DNA of 64,000 nucleotides from an uncultured Gammaproteobacteria bacterium (lineage in GTDB: Bacteria; Patescibacteriota; Microgenomatia; UBA1406; GWC2-37-13), in assembly GCA_964530005.1 (NCBI GenBank), contig CAZGZD010000001.1, forward strand, positions 33,541-97,540. Direction: 5' to 3'. The notes below the pieces were generated by a model. The model was given only the letters and a program-made list of their open reading frames with translations. It made no database searches and was not told where the DNA came from. The position numbers and the translations under genes were made by a program. Below are positions 37,101 through 44,946 of the stretch, one piece after another; position 1 is the first letter of the stretch, and each line of letters starts with the position of its first letter.

Positions 37101-40100
37101 GGCATCAGCGGCTGCCGGTGTAGGAGTTGGTTCAGGCGCCGCGGGAGGCTCTACGGGAGTAGGAACCAGGGGCTCAGCTGGTGTTGGTTCTGCCGGTGGA
37201 GCTGGTGGCTCCGAAGGGGCTGGTGTGGGCGGTTCAGGGGTTGGCGGTACGGCTGGCTCCGGTGCAGGAGAAGATTCAGATGCTGCTGGTTCAGGTGGCG
37301 CAGCTGGCTCGGGGGCTGCAGTTTCAGTTGGTTCAGGAATTGGCGGAGGAGGTGTAGTCGGCGCAGGAGTTGGTGTGGGAGGGATTGGTGTGGGAGGGAT
37401 TGTTGAATTTCTAAACATAACACTTGCACGACCATCTTTGACGATAAACCCCTCGACAACCCACCCTCCGGATATTTTGCCATTAATATATGTAGCTAGT
37501 CCACTATGAACACTATCTAGTTGGGCACTGATCTGATCTTTGACTAAAGAATGCCTTCCTTTAAAAGTTAGCTCTTTTTTAGTCGGTACAAGCATATTAT
37601 GATCATCTGTCTTATACTGCACATCAACCAAAGTCGTCTTGCCGCCCCTTATCAATCCATGGCCTTCTATACTACCTTCGATAATCAATCTGTCTCCATC
37701 GATTCTAACCTTGCCGTCTTTCATCTCATCTAGACCTTTTTCTTTCAGTTTTTCATCTATGGGCTTTTTGGCAAATTCATTTAGATTTTCTTCAGTAAAT
37801 TCGATCCTAGCCTCAGCTCCTACAACATCGGCAAGCGTTTTTTCGATACTTACAAAAATGTCTCTCCCCGGCTCTGTCTCAAGTGGAATCGATGCTGGAG
37901 CTTCTGTTGGTGTGCCAGGAGTGGGTTCTGGAGGGGTTCTGGTTAGAGGGGTTGAGGGAGTTGTAGGTCGAACTGGGGCTGGGGGAATCTCACCTGTGTC
38001 GATTCGCCTCAAGATATCAAGAGCTGCTTGAGATACCACTTCTGACCGGATCTTATTTATCCATTTTTTAGCCTCATCTTTTTCATCATAATCAAATTTG
38101 CCCGTTGTGTCTTTGGGATCTGGCAATAATCCCTGATGGCGGCTGGCGCTGGATATCCAGACATTTGGAGTAAATTCTGGTATGTGCAAACTTATGACCT
38201 GTGGGCCACCCTCGACAACAGCCGCAATATGCGCAAATCCTGTGTCATTGCTAAGCACCAGATCTTGATGCTTAAGCAGCACACTGTTTTGCGCCATATC
38301 TCCTGTTATAAATCTAGCATTCTCAATACCCCCAAACACTCGCTCCAATTCCTCCTTCGAATAACTACCCTTGGTATTGATGAATATGTTTACTTCAGTA
38401 TCCGGCTGATCTGCCCGTATTTTCTCAATTACCTGCTTCCATTGATCTAGTGAATATCTTTTTGCAGTCAAGCTTGCCTCAATGACTATACCAACTTGTT
38501 TTTTGGACGAATCGATCTTATATTTATCGACAAGCTCTTGATACATCTCATCTGCATTAGCTGGAAGATCTATTCGTGGACGTGCGTGTACCAGACTCGG
38601 CGGAGATATGCTCAACAACTCTGCCAGGTATTGACTGAATCGATCATCCCCTGCTCTATCATAATCATACAGACCAACTGATGATGAGAATAAGTCTGAG
38701 GCTATAATAGTGTTATTGTCAGATCGTGCAACTCTGGGCTGCGCCGAATGATGGTCGAACTCAAAAACTACAGCATTTTGGATACCCTTGCTGCGAATGA
38801 GTTCCATCGACCTTTCCACTCCTTCGTATCGTTTCGTCGTTTCTAATTGAATATCTAAGTTCTGTACAAAAGGTTCAAGTAGCTTGTGGACATTGGATGG
38901 AGCAACTATGGTAACGTTTTTATCGGCGCCGCGGCTTCTTAAAAGTTTGGTAATACCATCTACATATGCTGTTGATAAGACTGTATCGCCTATTGCTCCT
39001 GATAATACGATATATACATCATCAGTCGCCATAAATGCGGAGTGCAGCTCTGCCAGAAGTCTTTCGCCGTCTGCAGATTCAAGAGCACCTCCGCCCTCCA
39101 CAAAATCAGCTATTCTTTTGGGTTTGCCTTCGGGACCGCGATATCTATCTACACTAAAGTCTCCATAGTTAAAGTATGTAATTTGCTCTTGTGCCTCCTG
39201 AAGTGGTTCAAGCGCAAACCGTGGGTAAAATGGCACAGGAATGATTGGGATATATGGTATGCCAGCCGGTGCTTCAGCCCCAGGTGGAATAAGCTCCATC
39301 GGAGGAGTCGGACGAAGGTTCAGGATAGTCTCATGACGAGGTTCGTGAAAGTGGATAGAGTTGTCCCCCCAATGGTAGTGAGGATCCTGGATCTGAAACG
39401 CAGACCCACCCAGCGATCTATGATCCCATTGAGTGATTACCCCGTCCTTAATCCGTATATCTCTAAGGATGACGCGGTCATGGTCTGAGGCATTGACCCA
39501 ATCCCATTTGTCACCATGTTGCACAAGTTCTGTCCCCTTGAGCATATGTACCTTGTGACCATCTATCAGTTGGGTCACCATGTGTCCTCGCTCTATACCA
39601 TTTCCAAAATACTCAGGTATAAGTTGGTCACCGTGGCGTATTGTCCAGCCTTCTCGCAACAGCTCGTCTCTCACTTCACGACCAAGTTGGGTATTTTCAT
39701 GAAATCCACGTCCAGCCAGCAAGTGTCCGTTGTGCATCAGCTTAAAATACGGCACCTCCTCATGTGCTGGCATACCGGGTAGCCCTGTGTTGGGACCGAG
39801 CTTCTCACCTGTTATACGATTATAGAATCCGATCTCGTTGGATGCCCAGTTATGCCTACCTTCGATATTTGAGGTGAGCCTCACAGTATTGTTTTCTCCT
39901 TTATGCCCCATAAAAAGCTCGTTTAGTCGCTGTTGTAGCAGTGTGTCTCTTGGGGGTCCCGCTTGATGTAAAGCCTCCACCACATGTTGTGCTGCCTGCT
40001 GCATACCGACTCCTACACCAAGTCCCGCTATTCCACCCACAGCACCGGCAAGGGCCACACTACCGCGGCGATAGCGACGAAACGCTCTATCTGCCTGAGT

Positions 40101-42308
40101 TCTCTCTTGCGTGTATTGCTCATTAAATTGATTTACCCTGTCGGTGAAAACCCTCGTCTGATCTGGTGTCAAGGAACCTCGCACTTGATCTACAAACTGT
40201 TCAAGCCGCAGTTGCTCTTGCTCAAGTACCGTAGATCCACCATATTGAATAAGCCCAATACCTTGTTCGTGTCCGAAATTGAGTCGGGATTCAATCTCAG
40301 CCGCCCGATCAAGTATCTGTTCTGCCGTAAGACCATCGAGTGTCAAAAGATCCTCTACTGAGCGCAGAGGAATCTGAAATCTCTCCATACGCTCTCGACG
40401 ATGAGAATTGGGTGCTACTTCGCCTCCCATCTGTCGCTGTGCTCCGTGCATCCATCTATCTCCTGATACTTCGCGGCCGCGACGAACAGCCGCAATAAGT
40501 GCACCAGATATTGTCCCCACGCCTGGAGCTGCCATACTTGCTGCACGAAGTGCCGTGCCGGGTAGCCGAAGTACACCCGCTGTCACAATTGCAAGCCCTG
40601 CGCCAACAAGCGCGGGATTGGCGGCATTCTGCCCACCTCGTGTGCGACGAATACGAATCACTTGTCGATCTACCCAACTCAATCTGGCTTGAGAATCATA
40701 TGCCCAATCGGCATTGGCAAGATTTATCGTGATCTGGTCTCGCCTATGATCAAGATAATCAAGGGCTGCTTGATGCTCTGATGCTGTAGCACGTATCTGT
40801 TGTCCCATCTCATATATATCAGTTGCAAAAAGGCTCGCCATACTTGCAAACTCATTGGCATCTCTACCAAAAAGAGCAGCAATATCTGCATTATCCTGAT
40901 TGTTGGCAACAAAATCGCGAATACGTTCCTGTACTTGGGCTGGCTCGGTGATCGTCCCATCTACAATAGGTCGTAGAATTTGCTCAATGAGCGCATCTTT
41001 TAGCGGGCCTTGGGCTTGTCTGAGGTCTTCACCTGTTCGAAGCCTTCCTCCTGTAAGATGCCCTATCTTAGCTGCGCTGGCTGCCTCAAAGTCTCCTCGC
41101 TGCGCGTCGACCTCTGCAACCTCTAAATTACTTCTTACTCCCCGATTGACCATCTGCATGGTGAGATACGAGGTATTGTTCTCAATCATAGCTCCACGTA
41201 CCTGAAAGTAAAATTTATTTTCATAGTAATCTTCGCCCAGGCGGAATTTGATACGACGGAAAAATCGTCGAGTGCGACCACGACTGCCTAGTATAGGGGT
41301 GGTGAGTTCATCCTGTACGGCTTCCTTTGCCATGAGACGAGATCTTTTTTCAACATCGATCTCGCGACTTGCAAGCGTACCCTCAACTCGAAGGTCTTCA
41401 ATAGAAGGAGGCACTGGTTCCAGATCAATGGGCTCAATGGGTGGCGATCCAGGCTCATGCGGGGGAGGAATCCCAGGACTTGGGGTTGGAGTAGGAGCTG
41501 GAGGAGCTGGTGGAATTTCCGGGGGCTCAATTGGCATTGGAACTCCCGGACTCCCGGGTGGAAGTGGTGCAACAGGCGGGGCTCCGGGCACATCAGGCGG
41601 CGGCGGTCCAGCTGGTGGTGGAACTGGAACCCCAGGCCCACCAGGAACTACTGGTCGGACAGGAGGTGCGGGCGGTGGTGGAACATCGGGTGGGGGCGGG
41701 GGCGCTATTTTTTTCTCTGGAGGAAGAAAAAGCTCTTTTCTTTTATTTATCATACCAGCCGCGATAACCTGGAGTTCATCATCTGTAAGTGGATGGCCAT
41801 ATTCTTCTTCAAGTCGGGCCATAACCGCATCATTTGCACGGATATCAGCCATCTCAACATAGATACGGGAAGTGTACTTATTGGGATCTTTTAGACGTCT
41901 GCGCTCATACTCTTTTCTATTTTGAATAAGTACATCTTTATAGTGCTCATACTTATCAAGCTCTAAAGCGTCCAATTCTTCAGAATTAATCCTCTCGTCA
42001 AGATACGTCACAATATCATCAACAGGCGCTCTCTCATCTATGCTGTAGACCAAATCACTGTCTTCTCGATGATCGACAAATCGGCGTCTTGTACGTCCTC
42101 TATTCTTGTCGATGGTTTTCTCTTTGAGTCTTTTGAGTGTCTCCTGACCATGAAGTTCACGAGCACTTAATGTGGCAGGATCTGCTGCCAAAAATATTTG
42201 AGCTCCCTCGTTAAATGCGCGAAGGACTTCTGCCCGCTCATAAGCAGGTGCGGCTTCTGGCCGGCGTAATGGTGGAGTTCCTTCAACTGGTGAGGGCCCG
42301 TCTGGCAT
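31104..42308 (-). CDS. Giant multidomain protein (3734 aa). It has a Pro-rich N-terminus, a polyproline tract, possible membrane hairpins, a GT9 heptosyltransferase-like domain, three PP2C-type modules (the middle one degenerate) and a duplicated C-terminal domain.
   Basis: A single uninterrupted 11.2-kb ORF with recognisable domain motifs along its whole length (see the sub-features below). Opposite-strand ORFs are low-complexity shadows. Confidence 0.9.
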   Translation of the reverse strand: MPDGPSPVEGTPPLRRPEAAPAYERAEVLRAFNEGAQIFLAADPATLSARELHGQETLKRLKEKTIDKNRGRTRRRFVDHREDSDLVYSIDERAPVDDIVTYLDERINSEELDALELDKYEHYKDVLIQNRKEYERRRLKDPNKYTSRIYVEMADIRANDAVMARLEEEYGHPLTDDELQVIAAGMINKRKELFLPPEKKIAPPPPPDVPPPPAPPVRPVVPGGPGVPVPPPAGPPPPDVPGAPPVAPLPPGSPGVPMPIEPPEIPPAPPAPTPTPSPGIPPPHEPGSPPIEPIDLEPVPPSIEDLRVEGTLASREIDVEKRSRLMAKEAVQDELTTPILGSRGRTRRFFRRIKFRLGEDYYENKFYFQVRGAMIENNTSYLTMQMVNRGVRSNLEVAEVDAQRGDFEAASAAKIGHLTGGRLRTGEDLRQAQGPLKDALIEQILRPIVDGTITEPAQVQERIRDFVANNQDNADIAALFGRDANEFASMASLFATDIYEMGQQIRATASEHQAALDYLDHRRDQITINLANADWAYDSQARLSWVDRQVIRIRRTRGGQNAANPALVGAGLAIVTAGVLRLPGTALRAASMAAPGVGTISGALIAAVRRGREVSGDRWMHGAQRQMGGEVAPNSHRRERMERFQIPLRSVEDLLTLDGLTAEQILDRAAEIESRLNFGHEQGIGLIQYGGSTVLEQEQLRLEQFVDQVRGSLTPDQTRVFTDRVNQFNEQYTQERTQADRAFRRYRRGSVALAGAVGGIAGLGVGVGMQQAAQHVVEALHQAGPPRDTLLQQRLNELFMGHKGENNTVRLTSNIEGRHNWASNEIGFYNRITGEKLGPNTGLPGMPAHEEVPYFKLMHNGHLLAGRGFHENTQLGREVRDELLREGWTIRHGDQLIPEYFGNGIERGHMVTQLIDGHKVHMLKGTELVQHGDKWDWVNASDHDRVILRDIRIKDGVITQWDHRSLGGSAFQIQDPHYHWGDNSIHFHEPRHETILNLRPTPPMELIPPGAEAPAGIPYIPIIPVPFYPRFALEPLQEAQEQITYFNYGDFSVDRYRGPEGKPKRIADFVEGGGALESADGERLLAELHSAFMATDDVYIVLSGAIGDTVLSTAYVDGITKLLRSRGADKNVTIVAPSNVHKLLEPFVQNLDIQLETTKRYEGVERSMELIRSKGIQNAVVFEFDHHSAQPRVARSDNNTIIASDLFSSSVGLYDYDRAGDDRFSQYLAELLSISPPSLVHARPRIDLPANADEMYQELVDKYKIDSSKKQVGIVIEASLTAKRYSLDQWKQVIEKIRADQPDTEVNIFINTKGSYSKEELERVFGGIENARFITGDMAQNSVLLKHQDLVLSNDTGFAHIAAVVEGGPQVISLHIPEFTPNVWISSASRHQGLLPDPKDTTGKFDYDEKDEAKKWINKIRSEVVSQAALDILRRIDTGEIPPAPVRPTTPSTPLTRTPPEPTPGTPTEAPASIPLETEPGRDIFVSIEKTLADVVGAEARIEFTEENLNEFAKKPIDEKLKEKGLDEMKDGKVRIDGDRLIIEGSIEGHGLIRGGKTTLVDVQYKTDDHNMLVPTKKELTFKGRHSLVKDQISAQLDSVHSGLATYINGKISGGWVVEGFIVKDGRASVMFRNSTIPPTPIPPTPTPAPTTPPPPIPEPTETAAPEPAAPPEPAASESSPAPEPAVPPTPEPPTPAPSEPPAPPAEPTPAEPLVPTPVEPPAAPEPTPTPAAADADVTVAPPPPPEPTETVVPEPTAPTEPSTPPSEPSVIDTGDASVTDITPTTRRERIRVRREEKARRKPGAREEAPSSSTEAPATVETTEGAKDARDRVESGEMGPYLWAAGTDKGRVRKNNQDQFTQTRLNDLGESLFILADGMGGHRGGAEASGIATKKVREEYTALRISGMAEEEALRVAIERANEAVYQEGQSNPDLRGMGTTVVAAVLKDDGSYLLANVGDSRGYTIGEMTAVSQITKDHSVAQELADMGRITQEEAYTHERSSTLTRAIGHKPTVDVDIFPGKLNDEAHLLLTSDGLWASTRHDPTTEIWRFAVMSDTPKDMVRSAIMAANEAGGADNTTIVIVKKLSSTPTITTPPSQTSHEATATTGETPRDTVPATPLSEPVEQTETAIPESTVPPVVPVTPSTTAGDADAIVVPPPPAVAAPIVETPVTIRTGATPSTDEAGSVAPAESTVSGADGATVVELEPEAQPSPEASKAIVHVLPRGELAAPTLTPDAKEVLVEIERSRVGSYGETSPGHETVTLNDGFPELKGQPEDARALRVTSEKSHEGHASVYKIESAKNHPDRQEVVVAQDSVRGFTAMFDSGERNPDLPRQQEIATKAADVTTRILTQLPANPSEAQIERAYLQIQAEIGRELALIPNIIGADQEPRMSIGGTVVQLYTRVVNGEEVPSAVIMHLGTGAAYARTGQGELRQITQDDDQLRLDLMQGKITRKQYEYYRKQLDTNTRQGQLRSYLPSRTENARDYFTQRRLLGMFFGAELSPSIHNVDLTPQDSEILIMSRGIKLNLTQDTVKRLSGAGVGEGYGDDPAYLADMIIREAREVAGKNALRSAPDDDLAVATMRIASDGTQPESSHTGSEQSPELAKERVLPVDRVLTQDWDSDLLTQIWQKSIHKPEGDSVARFKDTVHLTDAELAQLDRFVAQARNLHMVFAANEPLWSVFQSVVEEAEGINMTNVNSSEVYIYPNSDPKSNEIRKITAGSSKAAVMVPERVYELYRWEQIIAEVAGTVADYRGELEVPKNPKEFADEINAVNQFIKDSQESLESFRGQGVNLEADVVLDPDLEEAVIVRTENPRESSAATVDQTSEAASRRSTEFNVEDLGGDDLIEGDTGTTGTPADTSSAEADADINRFHTEPGVTPASVTETPATIRTDREPAGDGATFFDQDTAEVSDRRTSDKELKKILRKLEKKGKKSRLRTGVSMAKGVAGKVTRSVRNLGRVGDDVIHRPTEAASTVDEFILTDRIKAFKLNDRPNAEEIDWGWQGPYIVVSGTEQGEQQANQDRVKVLRLDTYGQTVLIAADGVGRHSGGERASQITVDTISEHYSAAKDAGLSSEEALREAVRTTQKHIELANRDEGIDGASTLVVVVLNDDGSYIGANLGDSRAYKVSAGSAEQLTTDAHEVDVDGVALLSKCLGFKSPDTNPEFFNGKLDDIEQIVLTTDGLWDGIEKPYHEVIQELVTRDIAPRDVVSRLIGYSVLSKEGIANMSAVAAKYIAPRTEDTIAVEATAPVATHMPASPDEEMPVSPLVAEPVVPAESTISIPESPLTVEDRTATVNELVTDPDHKYSHGILGRFAGGPMGHGVVFTDGQAAGIIESALTGEQVWSIAFVDEEKNGPEFNARIIGLSTKKGESVFVVTFNDRQGDSRGHSHTDYAIVLPAEDSSRLNPILAKDPSILLDVFKAKYPEYDRSERRRDGHVNRPLQIDPEYPNIQTISESVLERSYGLREHFKSLNLPKADKKEIVTPQPASAEGAPTAAEATVDLGEEVEIKIPGKNVHGKLPAGTYVGETSGGKVPKEVTARSEGHFSDHGPDWLNYVRDGRVDTVNEVLNDVYKARKRLSELVDQQYVRIMPSTVEGNKILRMEFFQDDKAPDSRAEGTFTPAYVEYEMSEVELNKLLGAVRENPDALEELYQAAFPTLDYKPGERMGMRRTPARGFYIIPEGTEAPRYTWKDLDDRDAKIREFFAGLEHYDYQHGPYGTGERFEPQI
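32590..33285 (-). other. PP2C-type module 3
   Basis: QQANQDRV, LIAADGVGRHSGGERAS, GASTLVVVVL, NLGDSRAY and IVLTTDGLWD. The final DN motif reads GIANMSAV (Asp to Ala). Confidence 0.7.
34545..35385 (-). other. PP2C-like module 2 with degenerate catalytic motifs (probable pseudophosphatase)
   Basis: It is colinear with PP2C but reads AMFDSGERN, GGTVVQLY, HLGTGAAYA (in place of GDSR), ILIMSRGI (in place of SDG) and DDDLAVATMRI. Confidence 0.5.
36050..36797 (-). other. PP2C-type Ser/Thr phosphatase module 1 (motifs intact)
   Basis: RKNNQDQF, ILADGMGGHRGGAEAS, GMGTTVVAAVL, NVGDSRGY, ITKDHS, LLLTSDGLW and GGADNTTIVIV. Confidence 0.85.
36985..37410 (-). repeat. P/T/E/A-rich linker containing a ~45-nt imperfect direct repeat
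   Basis: The DNA gtttcagttggttcagg...ggcggaggagg occurs at about 37041-37088 and again at 37306-37352. These encode APPPPPEPTETVVPEP and TPPPPIPEPTETAAPEP. Confidence 0.7.
38125..39025 (-). other. Glycosyltransferase family 9 (ADP-heptose-type heptosyltransferase-like) domain of the giant protein
   Basis: VYIVLSGAIGDTVLSTAYVDGITKLL...VGIVIEASLTAKRYSLDQWKQVIEKI...LVLSNDTGFAHIAAVVEGGPQVISL. The N-terminal xGD motif, the central K/R-x-W motif and the DTGxxH motif fit GT9. Confidence 0.7.
41410..41725 (-). other. Polyproline (FH1-like) tract of the giant protein
   Basis: IAPPPPPDVPPPPAPPVRPVVPGGPGVPVPPPAGPPPPDVPGAPPVAPLPPGSPGVP...PPIEP. Coordinates were located through the reverse complement around 41701-41740. 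Confidence 0.8.
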
Positions 42309-42323
42309 TTTAAATAATTTTTT

Positions 42324-42755
42324 TTAATTTACAATCTTCTGATTCTTCGCAATATATTTATCCACAGTCATTCCGGTATTACTTGGCTTATTTCTTTCTA
42401 ATACTACACCGCGAAGATATGTATCGCGAAAATCTCCGAAAAGATCTGTAAAGACTTGCTGAGCGTCAGGCAATTTATCCTGAAGAAACTTCTCAACTTC
42501 AGCCTGCGGCTTACCATCTTCATTCATCTTTACGAACTCTTCGACATATTCATCTGGTAATCTATCTACAATAACGGAAATGATATAGCTATCAAGGCGC
42601 ACAAATAGCTCCTTTATCATCTCCTCATGACTCGCCTCATCAAGAGTCACCGCACCGGCGTCGACGAGGATGCTCTCAAGATACGCACGAACATCTGGGG
42701 TAATCTCCAGAGGTTTTTTCTCTGCAGCTTGGGCTGCTTGTTGTACATCTGCCAT
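42324..42755 (-). CDS. DUF5663-like small helical protein
   Basis: 143 aa. The pattern EEMIKELFVRLDSYIISVIVDRLPDEYVEEFVKMNEDGKPQAEVEKFLQDKLPDAQQVF resembles the Patescibacteria DUF5663 family. This is recalled, not searched. Confidence 0.5.
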   Translation of the reverse strand: MADVQQAAQAAEKKPLEITPDVRAYLESILVDAGAVTLDEASHEEMIKELFVRLDSYIISVIVDRLPDEYVEEFVKMNEDGKPQAEVEKFLQDKLPDAQQVFTDLFGDFRDTYLRGVVLERNKPSNTGMTVDKYIAKNQKIVN

Positions 42756-42783
42756 AGACTTTTAAATAATTAATAATAAATAA

Positions 42784-44460
42784 TTACTGTCCTGTGCCTT
42801 GCTGACCTTTATTCCTTTTCCCTGCTGAGCGTGCCAGCATAATAAGACCAACAGATCCCATACTAAAAATGATAAGTAGCATCTTTCCTATTTTTTTGCC
42901 CTTCTCAAAATATGCAGCTCGCTTAAGTTGGCGTTTGATTAATTTGACTAAGTCAGGATGCATCAGCTCCTTCTCATCCACTTGCTTGAAAAAAGATTTT
43001 CGAGCTTTCTTATCATTTGCAAGCTCTGTAAACGAGTCTATTAGGTTGCCAAGCGAATTTTTTCCACCGCTGACTCCAAAAATTGCAGCAAGTGCATCTA
43101 GGTCATTATCCGTAATATGTGGCATTCCCTCAATATTTTGAGGTTCTGCCTTGTCATCCATCTTTACCTTACCAGTCTTTCTTTGCTCGACAAGATTTTC
43201 CTCTTCACTAGATAGATCTTCAAGCTTTTTCTGTTTATTCTTAAACTGGTCTATCTCTTGCTGGATTCTCTTATTCTCTGCTATATTGGCAGCAGAATCT
43301 GCAGGAAGCAATTCTGGTTCGCTATGCGGCGCTTGCTTACCAATTTGGGTAATATTCCACCTTATATATCCAATCTCAAGCTCCAAAGCACTAGCAATAA
43401 GACGCGGGTTATTCTCAGCAATCCCTCTTTTCTTCATTTCCCTCGCTTGCTCTTTGATAAAGGTTGCAGGTTTTCTCTCCGCTGCAACTTTGGCAATAAT
43501 CATAAGCTCATCTCGAGCAAAGTCCGGCTTATATCCCTCCTCAAGTATTTTTTTCTTAAACTCTATCCCTAACCTTTTCAAATCATCTTCTTCTTGCCGC
43601 TCACGATCCGCCACTTCTTTGGACTTGTAAGACAGTGGAGTTGCGCGGCTTATTGCATGATTCAAGTCGTCAAGATCTTGCTGCTCTACGTCACTAAGCT
43701 TCTCACCCGCATCCCACTTATTCATAAGAGTATTCCATAGCGCACGATCTTCATCGGATAGGCCTGATACGATCAGCTTTGCGAAGCCTTCGGCGTCATT
43801 GATATCAGTCGGCTGAGTCTCCTGCTTATATTCTCCCTCAACTACTTCAAATAATTTTGGATCCTCACGATCTATAAATTCTTCGCGCGGATTGACATTT
43901 TCGATACCGCTTTTGTGTAATTTGGCCAAATGCTCTCGATATACTTGAGTACCCATGTATTTCCCGAGAGCTTGATCTTTGCGTCTGCTTCTCAACTCTG
44001 CGGCATATTCGCGCTCTTCTTGATCTGATTTGAACTGCCCCGTCTGTTTTCGCCTCAACTGGCTTCTAAGATCCTCGCGTATCTGTTGACTATATGCATT
44101 CTTAAACTCGCTTGAGAACTCAATATTTACAATCACATCACCTGTGTTGACTACATCTGGGATTGCGTGTGGAGGTGGTGCTGGGGAGTCGGGAGAGTCA
44201 TACCAAAGCCCTCCATCCACAGGCACAATATTTGGAGCATCACCATGGTCTGTGGCATCTTTGGTTTTAGTTCTCCTGAGTACTTCGTCAAGCTCCGGGA
44301 ATTTTTCCCTACTTGGATCGATTCCTAATTCATGCACAGGCTGCTCCACGATACCAACAGTTATCTGATCATCCACTGCGAGTTGACTTGGTTCCTGAGG
44401 AGTAATATCCGCTGGCTTTGGGCGTGGTCTGTCGACTTCTAAGGTATCCATATTTTTCAT
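42784..44460 (-). CDS. Pro-rich-N-terminus, coiled-coil, C-terminally tail-anchored membrane protein (paralog of 12150..13253)
   Basis: I prefer the ATG at 44460 (MKNMDTLEVDRPRPKPADITPQEP) to the TTG at 44466. The C-terminus is MLLIIFSMGSVGLIMLARSAGKRNKGQQGTGQ. Confidence 0.7.
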   Translation of the reverse strand: MKNMDTLEVDRPRPKPADITPQEPSQLAVDDQITVGIVEQPVHELGIDPSREKFPELDEVLRRTKTKDATDHGDAPNIVPVDGGLWYDSPDSPAPPPHAIPDVVNTGDVIVNIEFSSEFKNAYSQQIREDLRSQLRRKQTGQFKSDQEEREYAAELRSRRKDQALGKYMGTQVYREHLAKLHKSGIENVNPREEFIDREDPKLFEVVEGEYKQETQPTDINDAEGFAKLIVSGLSDEDRALWNTLMNKWDAGEKLSDVEQQDLDDLNHAISRATPLSYKSKEVADRERQEEDDLKRLGIEFKKKILEEGYKPDFARDELMIIAKVAAERKPATFIKEQAREMKKRGIAENNPRLIASALELEIGYIRWNITQIGKQAPHSEPELLPADSAANIAENKRIQQEIDQFKNKQKKLEDLSSEEENLVEQRKTGKVKMDDKAEPQNIEGMPHITDNDLDALAAIFGVSGGKNSLGNLIDSFTELANDKKARKSFFKQVDEKELMHPDLVKLIKRQLKRAAYFEKGKKIGKMLLIIFSMGSVGLIMLARSAGKRNKGQQGTGQ

Positions 44461-44462
44461 AC

Positions 44463-44906
44463 TCAATTTTTTCTTGATTTGGCTTTTAGAATATGTTTGA
44501 TTACTTCCTCTGCCTTACCATACTCTCCTTTTTTAACTAGTTGAGAGGCATGTGCCACAGTCGGTTCGCCAAACACTTTTTCATATATCTCCCGCACTTT
44601 TTCGACTGCTGGAGCAATTTCGGCAAAATCATCTTTGAGTTTTTGTGCTTTGAGATACAGCTCATCCACACTTGCGCCTAATTTTATGTCCTCAAGAGTC
44701 TGTGTGGCAATATCGCCTGCTTTCTCCGGATCAAGAGAATTATCTTCCAAAAGCCTGTCAATCTGCTGAAGAATCTCAGTCTCAATAAGCATTCGAAACA
44801 TGTCCTCGATTGAGTGAGATTGTGTGGAGCTTTTCGAAGGGTCAGAAAGTGGCATTTTTATAGAATCCAGTTTTGTATAGGTGGGAAGCGTAGTGTGTGT
44901 TTGCAT
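44463..44906 (-). CDS. Small helical hypothetical protein (module partner; counterpart of 11820..12146)
   Basis: 147 aa. Its stop lies 2 nt before the next ATG, and it is the first gene of the long minus-strand operon. Confidence 0.6.
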   Translation of the reverse strand: MQTHTTLPTYTKLDSIKMPLSDPSKSSTQSHSIEDMFRMLIETEILQQIDRLLEDNSLDPEKAGDIATQTLEDIKLGASVDELYLKAQKLKDDFAEIAPAVEKVREIYEKVFGEPTVAHASQLVKKGEYGKAEEVIKHILKAKSRKN

Positions 44907-44916
44907 CTATATATAC

Positions 44917-44946
44917 AATATAGCTATCTTTTTACGATAAAATCAA
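44917..44946 (-). promoter_or_regulatory. Candidate promoter of the giant-gene operon: TTGATT, 18-nt spacer, TATATT
   Basis: On the minus strand the -35 is at 44946-44941 and the -10 at 44922-44917. The ATG at 44906 lies 10 nt downstream. Confidence 0.4.

Noticed and set aside
35650-37509. Plus-strand ORFs 35650..36315 (221 aa) and 36961..37509 (182 aa) inside the giant gene
   Set aside because: Their translations are G/A/S/V low-complexity strings produced by reading the antisense of P/T/E-rich linkers. The minus-strand frame carries PP2C motifs. They are shadow ORFs.
41248-41894. Plus-strand ORFs 41248..41862, 41457..41894 and 41510..41767
   Set aside because: They are the antisense of the polyproline tract, since CCN codons read as GGN. 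No start context or domain supports them.
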